This document shows positions 26,375 through 39,671 of a stretch of 64,000 bases of DNA, piece by piece (the stretch's first letter is position 1; each line of letters starts with the position of its first letter). The DNA is from Octopus sinensis (taxonomy: Eukaryota), in NCBI RefSeq assembly GCF_006345805.1, contig NC_043001.1:125426001-125490000 (forward strand), read 5' to 3'. The translations under genes and the position numbers were made by a program. The notes below the pieces were generated by a model. That model was not told the origin of the DNA. It worked only from the letters and a program-made list of their open reading frames with translations, and ran no database searches.

Positions 26375-26745
26375 TCTTTTACTTTCTTTTTACTTCTTTC
26401 AGTCATTTGACTATGGCCATTGGGACACCACCTTAAAGGTTTTTTTTAGTCAAAGAAATTGACCCCAGGACTTATTCTTTGTAAGCCTGGCATTTATTCT
26501 ATCAGTCTCTTTTGGTGAACTGCTAAGTTATGGAGATGTAAACACACCAACATCAGTTGTCAAGTGATTATATATATATATACATGACAAGCTTCTTTCA
26601 GTTTCCGTCTACCAAATCTATTTGCAAAGCTTTGGTCAGCCTGAGGCTATAGTAGAAGACACTTGCCCAAGGTGCCATGCAGTGGGACTGAACCCAGAAC
26701 CATGTGGTTAGGAGGTAAACTTCTTCCCACACAGCTACATCTGTT
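26374..26745 (-). mobile_element. SINE family C, diverged
   Basis: Matches other family C copies. Confidence 0.8.
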
Positions 26746-26763
26746 CCTATAAATATATTTTAA

Positions 26764-26983
26764 CCCTTTAGCATTCAGATTATTCTGTCAAATATATTGC
26801 TTATTTATTCACATTGTTTTGAATTTATCATGCATTATCCTATAGCTTCAATATTGCGACGATGTGATTGTATATTTTTAGAATGACATTGTAGAGTAGG
26901 TGTGAGAGGTTGAATCTGGTCAGTTTTAAGTTAAAACAGGCAGAATATTTTGGCCGGACATGGTCAGTCTCAATGCTAAAGGT
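26764..26983. mobile_element. piggyBac-like MITE
   Basis: TTAA|ccctttagcatt ... aatgctaaaggt|TTAA (TIR 11/12). Confidence 0.8.
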
Positions 26984-27613
26984 TTAATATGTTTTTGCTA
27001 ATTTTCTACAGTTAGTGATTGATAGGTCAATTATGTATTATGTGATTTCATAAAAATAAAAATAATTACGATGATGATGTTAATAATAGCAATAATAATA
27101 ATAGAAGGCATAGTATATTCATGTATTATTGACAAAGATCAATAAAAGTAATTGACTCACAAGATTCCTGTGAAACACCAAATAAATAAATAAATGTGTC
27201 CATTGACAGTTGACATCCATTTTGAGATTCTCTGCTGTCTTACCTATTATTCCGAAAGAATCAGTTCTTGTATTACTCAGAGAGCCACGCTAATTGCTTT
27301 CCTTGACAAATTTTCTAGTTTCTTTGTGTATTTCTCCCAGTGGAATACCTTATTGAAAAGAACCTCATGTATTTGTCTTATATTTATGTATAATCTCCAT
27401 ATATGCATGTATAGGTTAGGCTGCCAGGCATATTCTGCAAGGGTTGACTTGCAAAACTTCTCTGCAGTGATGACAAAATAAGTGTCATTCCAATCCCACC
27501 ATTTAATATCGGCCGAAGATGGAAAAACATTGTATAATGCTCTCAATTGGAATCACAACCTGGCTGGCCCCTTTTATCACAATATGTTCTAAAATATTAG
27601 TATTCTTTCACAT

Positions 27614-27779
27614 AGGCGCTGGAGTGGCTGTGTGGTAAGCAAGCTACTTACCAACCACATGGTTCCGGGTTCAGTTCCACTGCGTGGCATCTTGAGCAAG
27701 TGTCTTCTGCTATAGCCCCGGGCCGACCAATGCCTTGTGAGTAGATTTGGTAAACGGAAACTGAAAGAAGCCTGTCGTA

Positions 27780-27826
<47 letters not shown>

Positions 27827-28023
27827 TTGTGTGTCTGTGTTTGTCCCTCCCTAGCATTGCTGCTGTTTTTACGTCCCCGTCACTTAGCGGTTCGGCAAAA
27901 GAGACCGATAGAATAAGTACTGGGCTTACAAAGAATAAGTCCCGGGGTCAATTTGCTCGACTAAAGGCGGTGCTCCAGCATGGCCGCAGTCAAATGACTG
28001 AAACAAGTAAAAGAGTAAAAGAG
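27614..28023 (+). mobile_element. SINE family C
   Basis: Matches other family C copies. Confidence 0.9.
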
Positions 28024-29650
28024 GCCTACTTCAAATTTTCTTCTCAACTTCAGATTTTCTCAAAATTAAGTCAGTCTTTTTCATCCTCAGCAATATATAA
28101 ACATATAATAATTTAAGTTCTCATTGCTCAAACTTGCTAAAATTTTCATACAATGGATCACTACATATGAAGGATATTGAATAAGAGAAATAAATTTTTT
28201 GACCTTGACAAATAATGATGTATGCCACTAGAAATGCTGAAAAAATAGCTGAACTTCTTTTCTTCAGCATTTGAAGATGGCTGAAAACTCAAAACTGCCC
28301 GAGTATATATTGGCAAACAGCATACTACACTGCAGTGTGTGTTCAGTGCTTTCAGAAAAAGTAGGAAAAAATACCATTTCCCCATGTATGGCCATACAGC
28401 ATGGGTTAAAAGGTCACAAGGTTGCCTAAATGAGCCAGCACTACTCTCCAATCATAAACTTGATGTCTGACCTCATAACTTTCTCGAGTAGAGAGAACCA
28501 CTGTTTTTTATTGTATGATAGGAATGCCAGGGAAAAACCCATTAATTTGATACCAAAAACATAGGGGTAGTCTTGAAATTTAGACCTCAAAATTTGATTT
28601 TACTTTAAGTCATAAAAACACATATTTTAATGCATTACATGGGTTCGGGAGGACTTTTTGGCAATTAATCTTAAGTAATTAACAGCAACTATGAGAAGAT
28701 CATCAGTTGTGTTTAAATATTTGATTATTGATGTCTAAGCATGCTACATGTGAATTTTGAAGTCAGTTGGTGCATTCTTTAAGAAGTTACAACTGTTTAA
28801 AGTGAAAAAAACCATGACTGGGTACCCTGATTGTGCTATATATGTATAATAATTGTTTCATATTCTGAGATAAGACCAGCAATTTTAGGATGAAGAATAT
28901 ATTGATTATATCAACCCCAGTATTTGACTGTTACTTTATTTTATTGACCCTGAAGGAATGAATGACAAAGTTTGAACTCAGAATGTAAAGAGCCTTAAGT
29001 ATAATAATCCTTCCTACTATAGGCACAAAACCTGAAATTTGGGGGAGGAGGACTAATCAATTACACCAACTCCAGTGCTCAACTGGTACTTATTTTATCA
29101 ACCCTGAAAGGATGAAAGGCAAAGTCAACCTCAGCAGAATTTGAACTCAGAATGTAAAGATGGACCAAATGCTGAATAAGCATTTTGCTAGTATACTAAT
29201 GATTCTGCTAGCTGGCCACCTTAGCTAGAAATATAATGAGATCAAAACATGTGCAATTTTATCACCATATTGCCAAAAACTAAGATTCTCTAATTTCCCT
29301 GTGGTATTCAACCTTTAATTAATTTAAATTTCAGGATCATCTCCCCTGACTTCCTTGGGCAGAAATTGTCATTGAGATATTGATTTTTTTTTTTATTCCT
29401 CATCTTTCTTAGTGTACTTTTAATTACATTTTCTTTGTTTACTACATCAAGTATGTCAATACTTGCTTTAGTAGTTGTCTTACATCATTCAGATAAACTA
29501 GAGCAAATAGTCATGAACCGTGGTAGTGCAACACAATGGCTGTACTAATTGATTTGCATCATGAAATAAAGATTTGTAATATATTATGGCTGTAATGCTG
29601 TTTAGATATGAACTCAAGTCGATAACCTAGCACCTGAAATTTACAACATC

Positions 29651-30800
29651 TACAAAGTGTGCAGAATAAATTTGATAGTTTGCATAAAAAGAAAAGAAAA
29701 CATAATATCCCATTCAAAAATAGAAGTATTATAAAAAATCAAAAAATATTAATTAGATTATGGCTGGTTTATTCAAAGTAGCCACCTTCAGCTTCCACCA
29801 CAGCCTCGGACAGTTCTGGAACCTGATGCATGTATTTCTCAGTGCTATCCTGGGAAGATCTTTGAACAACTCCTTGATCTTGACAACTAAGTTTGGCCTT
29901 GCTGTTGCAGGTAGAGTGGTTGGTGTCTTTCTCAACAATGCTCTACACATAGCAATCCATGGAATTACAATCAGAGGAATTAGGAGACCAAAAATTGGGG
30001 CTGGTGAAGTCTTATAAATTCACTGACAAACTCTTTCCAGTGGTATGACAAGGAGCTGAGTCCTGTTGCCACACATATGGCCTTCTAGTGTGGAGGCGCA
30101 ATGGCCCAGTGGTTAGGGCAGTGGACTCGTGGTCATAGGATCACGGTTTCGATTCCCAGACCGGGCGTTGTGAGTGTTTATTGAGCGAAAACACCTAAAG
30201 CTCCACGAGGCTCCGGCAGGGGATGGTGGTGATCCCTGCTGTACACTTTCACCACAACTTTCTCTCACTCTTACTTCCTGTTTCTGTTGTACCAGTATTT
30301 CAAAGGGCCGGCTTTGTCACTCTCTGTGTCATGCTGAATATCCCCAAGAACTACGTTAAGGGTACATGTGGAGTGCTCAGCCACTTACACGTTAATTTCA
30401 CGAGCAGGCTGTTCCGTTGATTCGGATCAACCGGAACCCTCGTCGTCGTAACCGACGGAATGCTTCCATCCATGGCCTTCTAGCAGCAACCATCGCCATT
30501 CAGGGTTCAACTATAGTCTCCAGCAGGTTCACATAGCTGTCCGAATTGAGCCTAAGGCTTTGTTCATCAGTTGGTGGATGAATTCCAGCATGCAAACACA
30601 GTCAGCACACCTGCTGTCTCCCTTCCTGTTGGCCACTGCTTCAGAGTTTTCATTACTGCTTTTACAGTGTCCACAGAGGACTGAGCAGCAGACACGTTAG
30701 CATATTGATATCCAGTGCGAACCATTATGGTATCGGTAACTCTTTTCCAATATCTACATGGCTTCCAGTCTTCCATGTCAGCTAACTTTTTCTCAACTAC
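29651..30800 (-). pseudogene. Decayed, internally deleted mariner/maT-like (DDxD) transposon
   Basis: N-terminal YWKR..IMVRTG..LEFIHQL; then LRLNSDSYVNLLETIVEP*..RRPYVWQQDSAPCH..WSPNSSDCNSMD..IKELFKDLPR..VVEAEGGYFE*. The SINE TSD restores RRPYVW. Confidence 0.85.
30089..30471 (+). mobile_element. SINE family D inserted in the transposase
   Basis: 12-bp TSD atggccttctag (30077-30088, 30472-30483). Confidence 0.9.
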
Positions 30801-31679
30801 AACTTCAATCTATTTTTTCTCAATCTTTATGCTCTCCACTGCCATTGACTGTTCACCAATACATCAAGCTGTTTATGGAAAAAGGAAACCAAAAAAAAAA
30901 AAATCATTAAATATACTTCAAGCGCTCTGTATGACAGTATGACATTTTGCTGCTTTATACTATGGGAAACTTTCTGTGGTCACTCAAGCTTAAGTCAGAT
31001 CATATTATTATTATTATTAAAGGAAGGTAGTGAGCTAGCAGAATTGTTCACACACCAGAGAAAATGCTTAGCACATTCTGAGCTTAAATGTTGCTGAGGT
31101 CAACTTTGCCTTTCATCTTTATGGGGCTGATAAAAATAAAGTACCATTCAGGCACTGGGATTGATGCAATCAACTAGCCCCCAGTCCCCATCTCCTCATG
31201 ATGTTTCAAGCCTTATGCATATACTAGAAAGAATATTTTTTATAAAAGGGTGCATTAGATAATGTAATTACAAAAATAAAAGGACAGTCATAGCTGGAAT
31301 ATCTTTGATCGAAAGGCAACTCAGTTAGGACTGACCTAGAGCTAAACAATAATATTAAGCTGTAATATATATTTGACCACATAATACTGAATGCCATTAT
31401 ACCATGATATGCTGTGTGCTATACAAACCCTGTACTATACCACATTGTACTAAAGGACCCTATACTGCACTTCATACATCACATAGTAGTATTATATAAC
31501 TTACTGGAAAAACACAGGAATCTCTTAAAAGAATCCTAATAGTATTAATTCAATGATTTCTGTTTGAGGTAAGATGAAATCGAATAGGAAATCAAGAAAT
31601 CAAGACTGATGTCTGTGAGAACAAAAGAGTAAGTTATTGATTTCACATTACATATGTGTGTGTGTGTGTATGTGTGTAT

Positions 31680-31712
<33 letters not shown>

Positions 31713-31728
31713 CACACATGTGTGCATG

Positions 31729-31770
<42 letters not shown>

Positions 31771-31777
31771 TGTTTGC

Positions 31778-31813
<36 letters not shown>

Positions 31814-32961
31814 TGTTTCTGTATGTATATGTGCATGTATATGAAGAGTCTGTGTTCTGTCAAGCTGCAGTCAAGAGGTGTAAATACTATTCACTAATCG
31901 CCACTTGGCTGGCTGGCTGTGTTATGTTATTTACTGATAGTTATATAGTAAGACCATCACCGTCATCATCATCATCATCATCATCATTACTATCATCATC
32001 ACCGTACCAACAACAAGATCAACAACAACAATAGCAATAATAATAATAACAACAACAACAGCAACAACAACAAAGTGAATAAAAATAAAAAGGAAAAAGA
32101 AAAATGGCTAGGACTGTATTGATTCTTCTACACAACCAAATTTATCACTGATATAAAGGGGAAGAAAAAAATCTATATCCTGCTGCATATTGTTCCAGTT
32201 TCAAACTGCTGCACTTTGCAGTCAATAATAGCCTAATTTCTCCATGATTTTTGTTGTTGGTCAGGTGATTATGTTGAACAAATCTCATTTGGGTGTGATT
32301 AAATTTCAACAGAATGCATGGGAATCAATCAGTCAACTTCTACAAGAATGTTTTTCCTTACCTGTGTTCCCCACCAACCTTTTATGTGTGCATTTTCCCC
32401 CCACCTCCTTTAGTAAGCGAAGGGATAGTCTCTGTTCATGTTATTAGTGTTTCATGAGTTATCTAAGAGTTGTCAGTGAAGGATAATTATAAATTTTATG
32501 CTGATGAAAAGAAAACTTTTAGCATTGTGATTGGCATATCAAAGACTATTTCATTTAATTGGCAGTAAAAAAATAAATAAGCAAATAAATACATAAGTAA
32601 ACAAATAAATAAATACATAAATAAATGAGTAAATAAATAAATGAAATTAAATAAATCTCCATTGCTGATATCATAAGTATTTAGCCAAAAGAATTTAGAA
32701 ACTTTGAGAGAACGTGAAATAATTCTTTTTTGGAATGGTACAACTTGAAGCAGATAAAGCAATAAATAGTCCTTTCTGCTAAGAGCACAATGCCTGAAAT
32801 TTCGTGGGAAGGGGGACTAGTCAATTACATTGACCCCAGTGCTCAGCTGGTACTTATTTCATTGACCCTGAAAAAAGGATAAGCAAAGTTAATTTCAGCA
32901 GCATTTAAACTCGGAACATAAAACAGAATGCTAATGATTCTGCCAGTTCATTGCCTTAGAT

Positions 32962-33311
32962 CAGTGGTTCTCAACTGGGTTCCATATGGCCCTGAGAGTC
33001 CATATAAGATTTTTGGGGGTCCGCACAGCAAAATAGTAAATCAGCAATCCACAGTAGTATGTTAAGGGCCCCTGAAAAAATTTTGCTTTCAACATATGTA
33101 TTGGTATGTATTGCTAGAAACAGTAAGGCTTCTTTCTCAAACATTTTACATAGTTCAATCTACACAGGTTAATGTGCAGATAACAAAATAGGAATTTTGA
33201 AAGAAATTCCTACAAAACTAGTTTTTAAACATCGAATGGCTGGGGTGAGGGACACCAGAATAAAATAGTAATCAGAAAGGTCCACAAATAAAAAATGGTT
33301 GTGAACCCTTG
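32962..33311. mobile_element. hAT MITE, 350 bp
   Basis: 8-bp TSD ccttagat; TIR cagtggttctcaac vs caagggttcacaac (11/14). Confidence 0.8.
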
Positions 33312-33569
33312 CCTTAGATAAAGCTGCAAATAATAGCAAATAAATATTAGGTTAAAAAAAAACATTTGGATAGAACATGGGAAGCCTTTGAATTTTTCTA
33401 CCTGAAGGGTTTTTAACTCAATATTTACATGTTATTATTTATAGCTTTATCTGCTTCGAGTTTCACCATTCCAAAGGATAAAATTCTGCTGCTCTACAAG
33501 TATGGAATTTATCATTGTCTTTATCATCATTATCATCATTTTAATTTTAATGTGGGTGCATTTCTCTTA

Positions 33570-33840
33570 CATCATCATCATCATCATCGTTTAGCGTCTG
33601 CTTTCCATGCTGGCATGGGTTGGACGGTGCAACTGGGGTCTGGGAAGCCAGAAGGCTGCAACAGGCCCAGTCAGATCTGGCAATGTTTCTACGGCTGGAT
33701 GCCCTTCCTAACGCCAACCACTCCATGAGTGTAGTGGGTGCTTTTTACGTGCCACCGACACAGGTGCCAGACGAGGCTGGCAAACGGCCACGGTCGGATG
33801 GTGCTTTTTACATGCCACTGGCACGGAGGCCAGGCCAGGC
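33570..33840 (-). mobile_element. Family A repeat
   Basis: (CAT)n, body and two array units. Confidence 0.85.
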
Positions 33841-34221
33841 TATTCACAAATATACGAGTATATATAGTTCATGAAGTGTGACATGTAAGCTATTTACATG
33901 CAAGTTGTCATGACCTTTACGGAAATATTGTCCTAATTTAAAAAAGGAAAGAAATAATAATACACAAATAAATGCTAGTACACTCGCAAATTTCTTAATA
34001 TCTTCAAACAAAACAATACAAAGAAATTACTGTAGAACACAAGAGCTTGTTTTTATATTTAGATTATTATAATTATGTGAAATTTAATTTAAATTAATCA
34101 AATGTTTTATTTTTTTAATTCCTGTATTTCTGTATTTGTTCTTTCATCAAAAATTTCTTCCTTTTCTGTTATCTATTTTTAAGATTTATGTGTAAATTTG
34201 TATTTTTAATTAGTTAATTAG

Positions 34222-34456
34222 TAAAGGCGGCGGGCTGGCAGAAACGTTAGCGCGCCGGGCGAAGTGCTTAGCGGTATTTCGTCTGTCGCTACGTTCTGAG
34301 TTCAAATTCCGCCGAGGTCGACTTTGGCTTTCTTCCTTTCGAGGTCGATAAATTAAGTACCAGTTACGCGCTGAGGTCGATGGAATCGACTTAATCCGTT
34401 TGTCTGTCCTTGTTTGTCCTCTCTGTGTTTAGTCCCTTGTGGGTAGTAAAGAAACA
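34222..34456 (+). mobile_element. SINE family B
   Basis: TSD core taattagttaat (34207-34218, 34457-34468). Confidence 0.9.
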
Positions 34457-34707
34457 TAATTAGTTAATGTAAAGGTTTTATATTTTGTGCTTGGTAACTA
34501 AAGAACGTAAGCATTTGTCATTTTCCAAGAAGAGAAGGATTCTTTCACTTCAGGGCTTTCAAAAAAGAAAGACAGGCATTCCATTAACTATCAGTGACTT
34601 CATTGTTCATAACTCTCCTTAGCTCTCAGACTTTGATGCTGCCTATACAGAAACTGAATCTTTTGCTATCTGTATCTGTTATTATCAACTAGTTTCATCT
34701 TCTACAT

Positions 34708-34980
34708 CAGTGGTTCCCAAATTTGGTGGTACTGCCCCCTTGGTTGGGTGGTGGAAAGATTCAGTGGGCATTGAAGAAAAGTGAGGCAATAATGGGGTGG
34801 CCAAAAAGAGACTGGATGTAAAAAATAAAAAGCAAAATAATGAGCTAATTAGGTTAAGTTTTATTTGTGAAATACAGTTGTTCTGAATTTGCTGCAGAAA
34901 GTGGTCTGTGGTTGCGATGGTGGGGGTGCACTAGGAATGTGGCCTGGATGCCAAAGAGGGTGGCAGTCTGGAAATCCCTG
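34708..34980. mobile_element. hAT MITE, 273 bp, old
   Basis: TSD ttctacat/ctctacat (7/8); TIR cagtggttcccaaa vs cagggatttccaga (10/14). Confidence 0.7.
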
Positions 34981-35751
34981 CTCTACATGCATCCCTGAGT
35001 GACATATAGACATTCAAGATGTCCTTCACCCCTTTCTCTCTGCCACCTCCAGCAGACCATAACTGTCTCTGCATGTACCACATTGTCTGACCACTGCCCA
35101 ACACACATTGACATTAGTCTGGCTGGTTCTTGGATCCAATCAAAGCTACTGGAATACTCTCCACTCAGTTGCTAAAAGCAGTTGCTGGTTAGCAATGAGG
35201 ACTGTTTTTGTATCTGGTTTGCAAGATTCTTTATGTGAATTCATGTGTTGAAACAAATTTTGTTGTGTCTATGGAGAGTCATTATGCCAATATAATTAAC
35301 GTACACAGTGATTCAAATCCACTCATTTATTAAATATCCGATTGTTATGTTTTTGCATGTCAAAGCTCTATTTTTGCTTCTTGTAACCTTCTCAGTGACC
35401 TAGACAGCAAAATGAGGACTGTTGTCCTAAGGAAAATTCTTCATCACAAAAATCAAGTGCATTTAGTGTATAAGTGTGCCCACCTATACAATTGTAATCT
35501 CTAGTAAAAAACTACCAGACTGTGATGCTATATGCTACATAACAAAAATCAGTGTAACTTTCTAATCTTATAGAAGTGGAGGATCCACATTATCTCTTAA
35601 GAATTTAGATTTTCCTTCTAAAGCTGGATTAATTCTTTCAGCATTTCATTTAACTTCTTTTGATTATTTATTCTAACACAAAGGTGGCAAACTGGCAGAA
35701 TCGTTAGCATGCTAGGCTACATGCTTAACAACAGTTCATCTATCTTTGCAT

Positions 35752-36290
35752 TCATCATCATTTAGCGTCCGCCTTTCATGCTAGCATGGGTTGGACGGTT
35801 CAACTGGGGTCTGTGAAGCTGGAAGGCTTCGTCAGCCCAGTCAGATCTGGCAGTGTTTCTACGGCTGGATGCCCTTCCTAATGCCAACCACTCCGTGAGT
35901 GTAGTGGGTGCTTTTTACGTGCCACCTGCACAGGTGCCAGACAGAGCTGGCAAACGGCCACGAACGGATGGTGCTTTTACGTGTCACCGGCACGGGGCCA
36001 GGCGATGCTGGCAACAGACATGAACGGATGGTGCTTTTACGTGCCACCGACACGGGGCCAGACAGAGCTGGCAAACGGCCACGAACGGATGGTGCTTTTA
36101 CGTGTCACCGGCACGGGGGCCAGGCGAGGCTGGCAACGGACACGAACGGATGGTGCTTTTACGTGTCACCGGCACGGGGGCCAGGCGAGGCTGGCAACGG
36201 ACACGAATGGATGGTGCTTTTACGTGCCACCGACACGGGGCCAGACAGAGCTGGCAAATGGCCACGAACAGATGTTGCTTTTACGTGTCA
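35752..36290 (-). mobile_element. Family A repeat with about 7 x 61-bp array
   Basis: gtgctttt units at 35908, 35971, 36031, 36092, 36153, 36214, 36275. Confidence 0.9.
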
Positions 36291-37489
36291 CATTCTGAAT
36301 TCAAATTCCACCAAGGTCGACTTTGCCTTTCATCCTTTTGGGGGTCAATAAATTAAGTACCAGTCAAGTACTGGGGTCGATATGATTGACTTACCCCACT
36401 CCCCAAAATTTCAAGCATTGTGCTTACACTAGAAAGGATTATTCATTCTTAAACTTCACCCCTGATAACCCCCCCTCTCTTACTTTTACACTATATCATT
36501 TTTCATAATTTTTTTTTTTTTTTTTACTATACTTGCAAAGAATTTTCCTCTTCATTCAAGACACTTACATGGCTGTTTAGTTTAAATGATTGCATTGCAA
36601 CCATGTGGTTTCAGGTTCAGTCACACTGTGCAGTACCTTGGGCTATTATTTTCTTCTATAACCCTAGAAGTATTGTAGAATATTTCTGCTTAAATATTCT
36701 GATAACCTATCCAGGAAGATCTCTCTCTCTCTCCTCACATACATCTACACACTACTAGAGATGACTTAATGCTCTATGCTTCATTCTTGCTTTTGGTGTT
36801 AATCAGTTGAAACATGAGCCACTACACATGCATGCACACACACACACACACACACACACATAACTGGAGAGGATTAAATGTAATATAATGTAAATTCTCT
36901 GAAGGCCCGGTACTTCGATCTTATTTTTGGTATTAATTTGTTGAAACATGAACCATTCCTAATAGGGTGCCAGTCTTTCTCAAATAGCAAGGGTAGACAT
37001 GGTTGTGTGCTTCAGAAGTGCACTTTACAACTCTGTGTTTTCAGGTTCAATCCTACCATATGGCACCTTGAGCAAACATCTATATGAGTGAAATTTTGTA
37101 GAAGGAAACTGTCTGAGAGCCTGTGGAATGGTGCACTCTTACTGAAAAATTGTTAAGACACTAGGATATTTTCCTACTTTTCTTAACATGAAACCAATAG
37201 TAAATCATAAATCTGAAAGAGAAGCACACAGTAAGTTATAGAGCAATAGAGTATATAGATAAAGATAGTTATGGCCAGTTCATAGCATTTCCCAGGCTTT
37301 TGCCATCCATAGAGTGCTTGGCTTTACATACGTCTTGTCAGACCCTAATGGTCAGTATCCCTATGAACCAGCCATAACTCCATAACTATATTTATCTAAA
37401 TATGTACATGTATATATATAAATGTATAGATTTATATATAACTGGCATATTTATATATATGTGCATGTGTATGTGTGTGTGCGTGTGTG

Positions 37490-37494
37490 TATAA

Positions 37495-37545
<51 letters not shown>

Positions 37546-37555
37546 ATATATATAT

Positions 37556-37654
<99 letters not shown>

Positions 37655-37665
37655 GCATATATATA
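37490..37665. repeat. Long interrupted (TA)n
   Basis: Direct reading. Confidence 0.95.
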
Positions 37666-37749
37666 TAAAACATCATCATCATTTAATGTCCATCTTCCAT
37701 GTATGCATGGGTATATATATATATATATACATACACATACATATGCATA

Positions 37750-37925
37750 TATTTTTTTCCTCTGTCTTCCCTTCTCTGGATCTTTCCTTCTCCTATGTTT
37801 CCGACGAAGACCTCCGCTCGAAACGTTAAACCCTCCTTCTTTCCTTCTTTCCTGAGCATCCAATAATACTATATTTGTTCCACGTCCTCGTGTTGTTGTG
37901 TTTTTTTGTGCTTTCATGTTTGGAT

Positions 37926-37930
<5 letters not shown>
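37750..37930 (+). mobile_element. Penelope-type pLTR-like element with hammerhead-like motif (core CCGACGA)
   Basis: gttt CCGACGA a gacc-tcc-gctc GAAA cg tt aaac at 37797-37831; (TA)n on both sides. Confidence 0.6.
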
Positions 37931-37985
<55 letters not shown>

Positions 37986-38737
37986 CATACATACACAATA
38001 GATAGATAGATAAATAGAGAGATAGATAGATAGATATCGGGATTTGAACATAAGACTTATGAGTTAGTTGTTCAATACACTAACCCATAACCACTGACCT
38101 ATTTTCCCTATATACACTGGAGATAAATTATCTGATCGGTTTGCCATTGCATTTTTTTAAAGAGGATTAACTTCATCATTATCCAATCATAATCATATAA
38201 GCCAGATAACTCATAGCATTGTTTATGTGGTTGCTGTTGTTTTTATGTTGTCATCAGGTTTATTGGGGAGGGGGGGGGTTAGCTACTAAAAATAAATTCT
38301 TCATTTGAAATGTCTTAAATTACACAAAGGAAAAAAAAAGTGGAAAAAAAAACTAAGAAAAACAACAAAATAAAAATGCATTTCAATATTTCGGTTATTA
38401 TAAAAGAATTTCTTCAGTATGATATTATTTCATCAACAACGGTCATCGTTAATGCTTTTAGAAATTGAACTGTTGAGCAAATGAGATATGTGAAGCTTGA
38501 ATAAACAAAGGATAAAAAATTCTTTCTTTTCTTAAAGGATTCCCGAAATTTAACTACTTCACTGTTTTTATTGATGGAAGAGCTTCTTTCAAAGACGATT
38601 TCAAAGGCATTTCACAATGAGAATTGATACAAATACTTTTTTTCCTAAAATTCTGTTGTTTTGGGTTGTTTTTTTTATTTCATTCAGCTGCAAGCTATCA
38701 TCATCTATCACAGTAGTAGTTGTGGTTTCTAAAGTTA

Positions 38738-39040
38738 TTATTGCCTCCGCCTTAGCAAAGGTGGTGGTATTGTTTTCAGTTGTGTTTGTTTGTTTGTTTG
38801 TCTCTGGACAAGATATCTCAAGAACCGCTTGATGGATTTGAATGAAACTTTCAGGAATGTTTGCTCCAATGACTGACACAAACTGATTAGATTCTGGGAT
38901 CAATCCGGTACCGGACAAGGATTCTGGATTATTTTTCTGCTTTTTTTAAACTAATTTTTGAGAGCAGTTGGGTTCATTTTTAGTATTCTCGTTTGTGAGA
39001 GCAATCGAGTTTATTTCAGATATTCTCATTTTAAAAATCA
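38738..39040. mobile_element. HINE/Helentron-like non-autonomous element
   Basis: attgcctccgccttagcaaagg start, (GTTT)n tract, gatatctcaagaaccgc..ggatttgaatgaaactt, ccggtaccgg hairpin; architecture recalled for this class. Confidence 0.55.
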
Positions 39041-39353
39041 TCTCTGGCTAATTGTTTGGCAGAATGGTTAACACGCTGGATGATATGCTTAGCGGTATTT
39101 TGCCTGTTGCTCTGATCTGAGTTCAAATTCCACCAAGGTCGACTTTGTCTTTCGTCCTTTTGGAGATGATGAAATAAATACCAGTCATGCACTGGAATCA
39201 ATGTAATTAACTGTCTCCCACCTCCAAAATTTGAAGCCTTGTACCTATAGTAGAAAAGATTATGATTATTATTCATCATCATCATCATCATCATCATCAT
39301 CGTTTAGCGTCCGTTTTCCATGCTAGCATGGGTTGGACAATATTATTATTATG

Positions 39354-39385
<32 letters not shown>

Positions 39386-39671
39386 GGTTGAAGGTGGAAA
39401 ACTGACAGAATCATTGCCATGCCAGACAAAATGCAAAGTCAACTTAGGTATAATTTGAACTCAGACTATAGAAATTTGCAACAAAATATCGCTTAAATGC
39501 AATTATAATTGTTTCTAATTTAGACAGAATGCCTGCAGTTTTGAGGTGAGAGCATCAGTTCATTAACCTTGCCAGCTCACTGCCTTTGCTACTCTTGTTA
39601 TAGTCATCATCATCATCATCATCATCACTTAGCGTCTGTTTTCCATGTTGGTATGAGTTAGATGGTCTGAC

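Noticed and set aside
28268-28430. Plus-strand exon candidate MAENSKLPE...
   Set aside because: Strong acceptor only; weak donor and no supporting neighbouring exons.
32362-32407. 46-nt minus exon in phase with the 47127 exon (RWGENAHIKGWWGTQ)
   Set aside because: Good donor but poor acceptor (taaag); the phase match has a 1-in-3 chance; no homology recognised.
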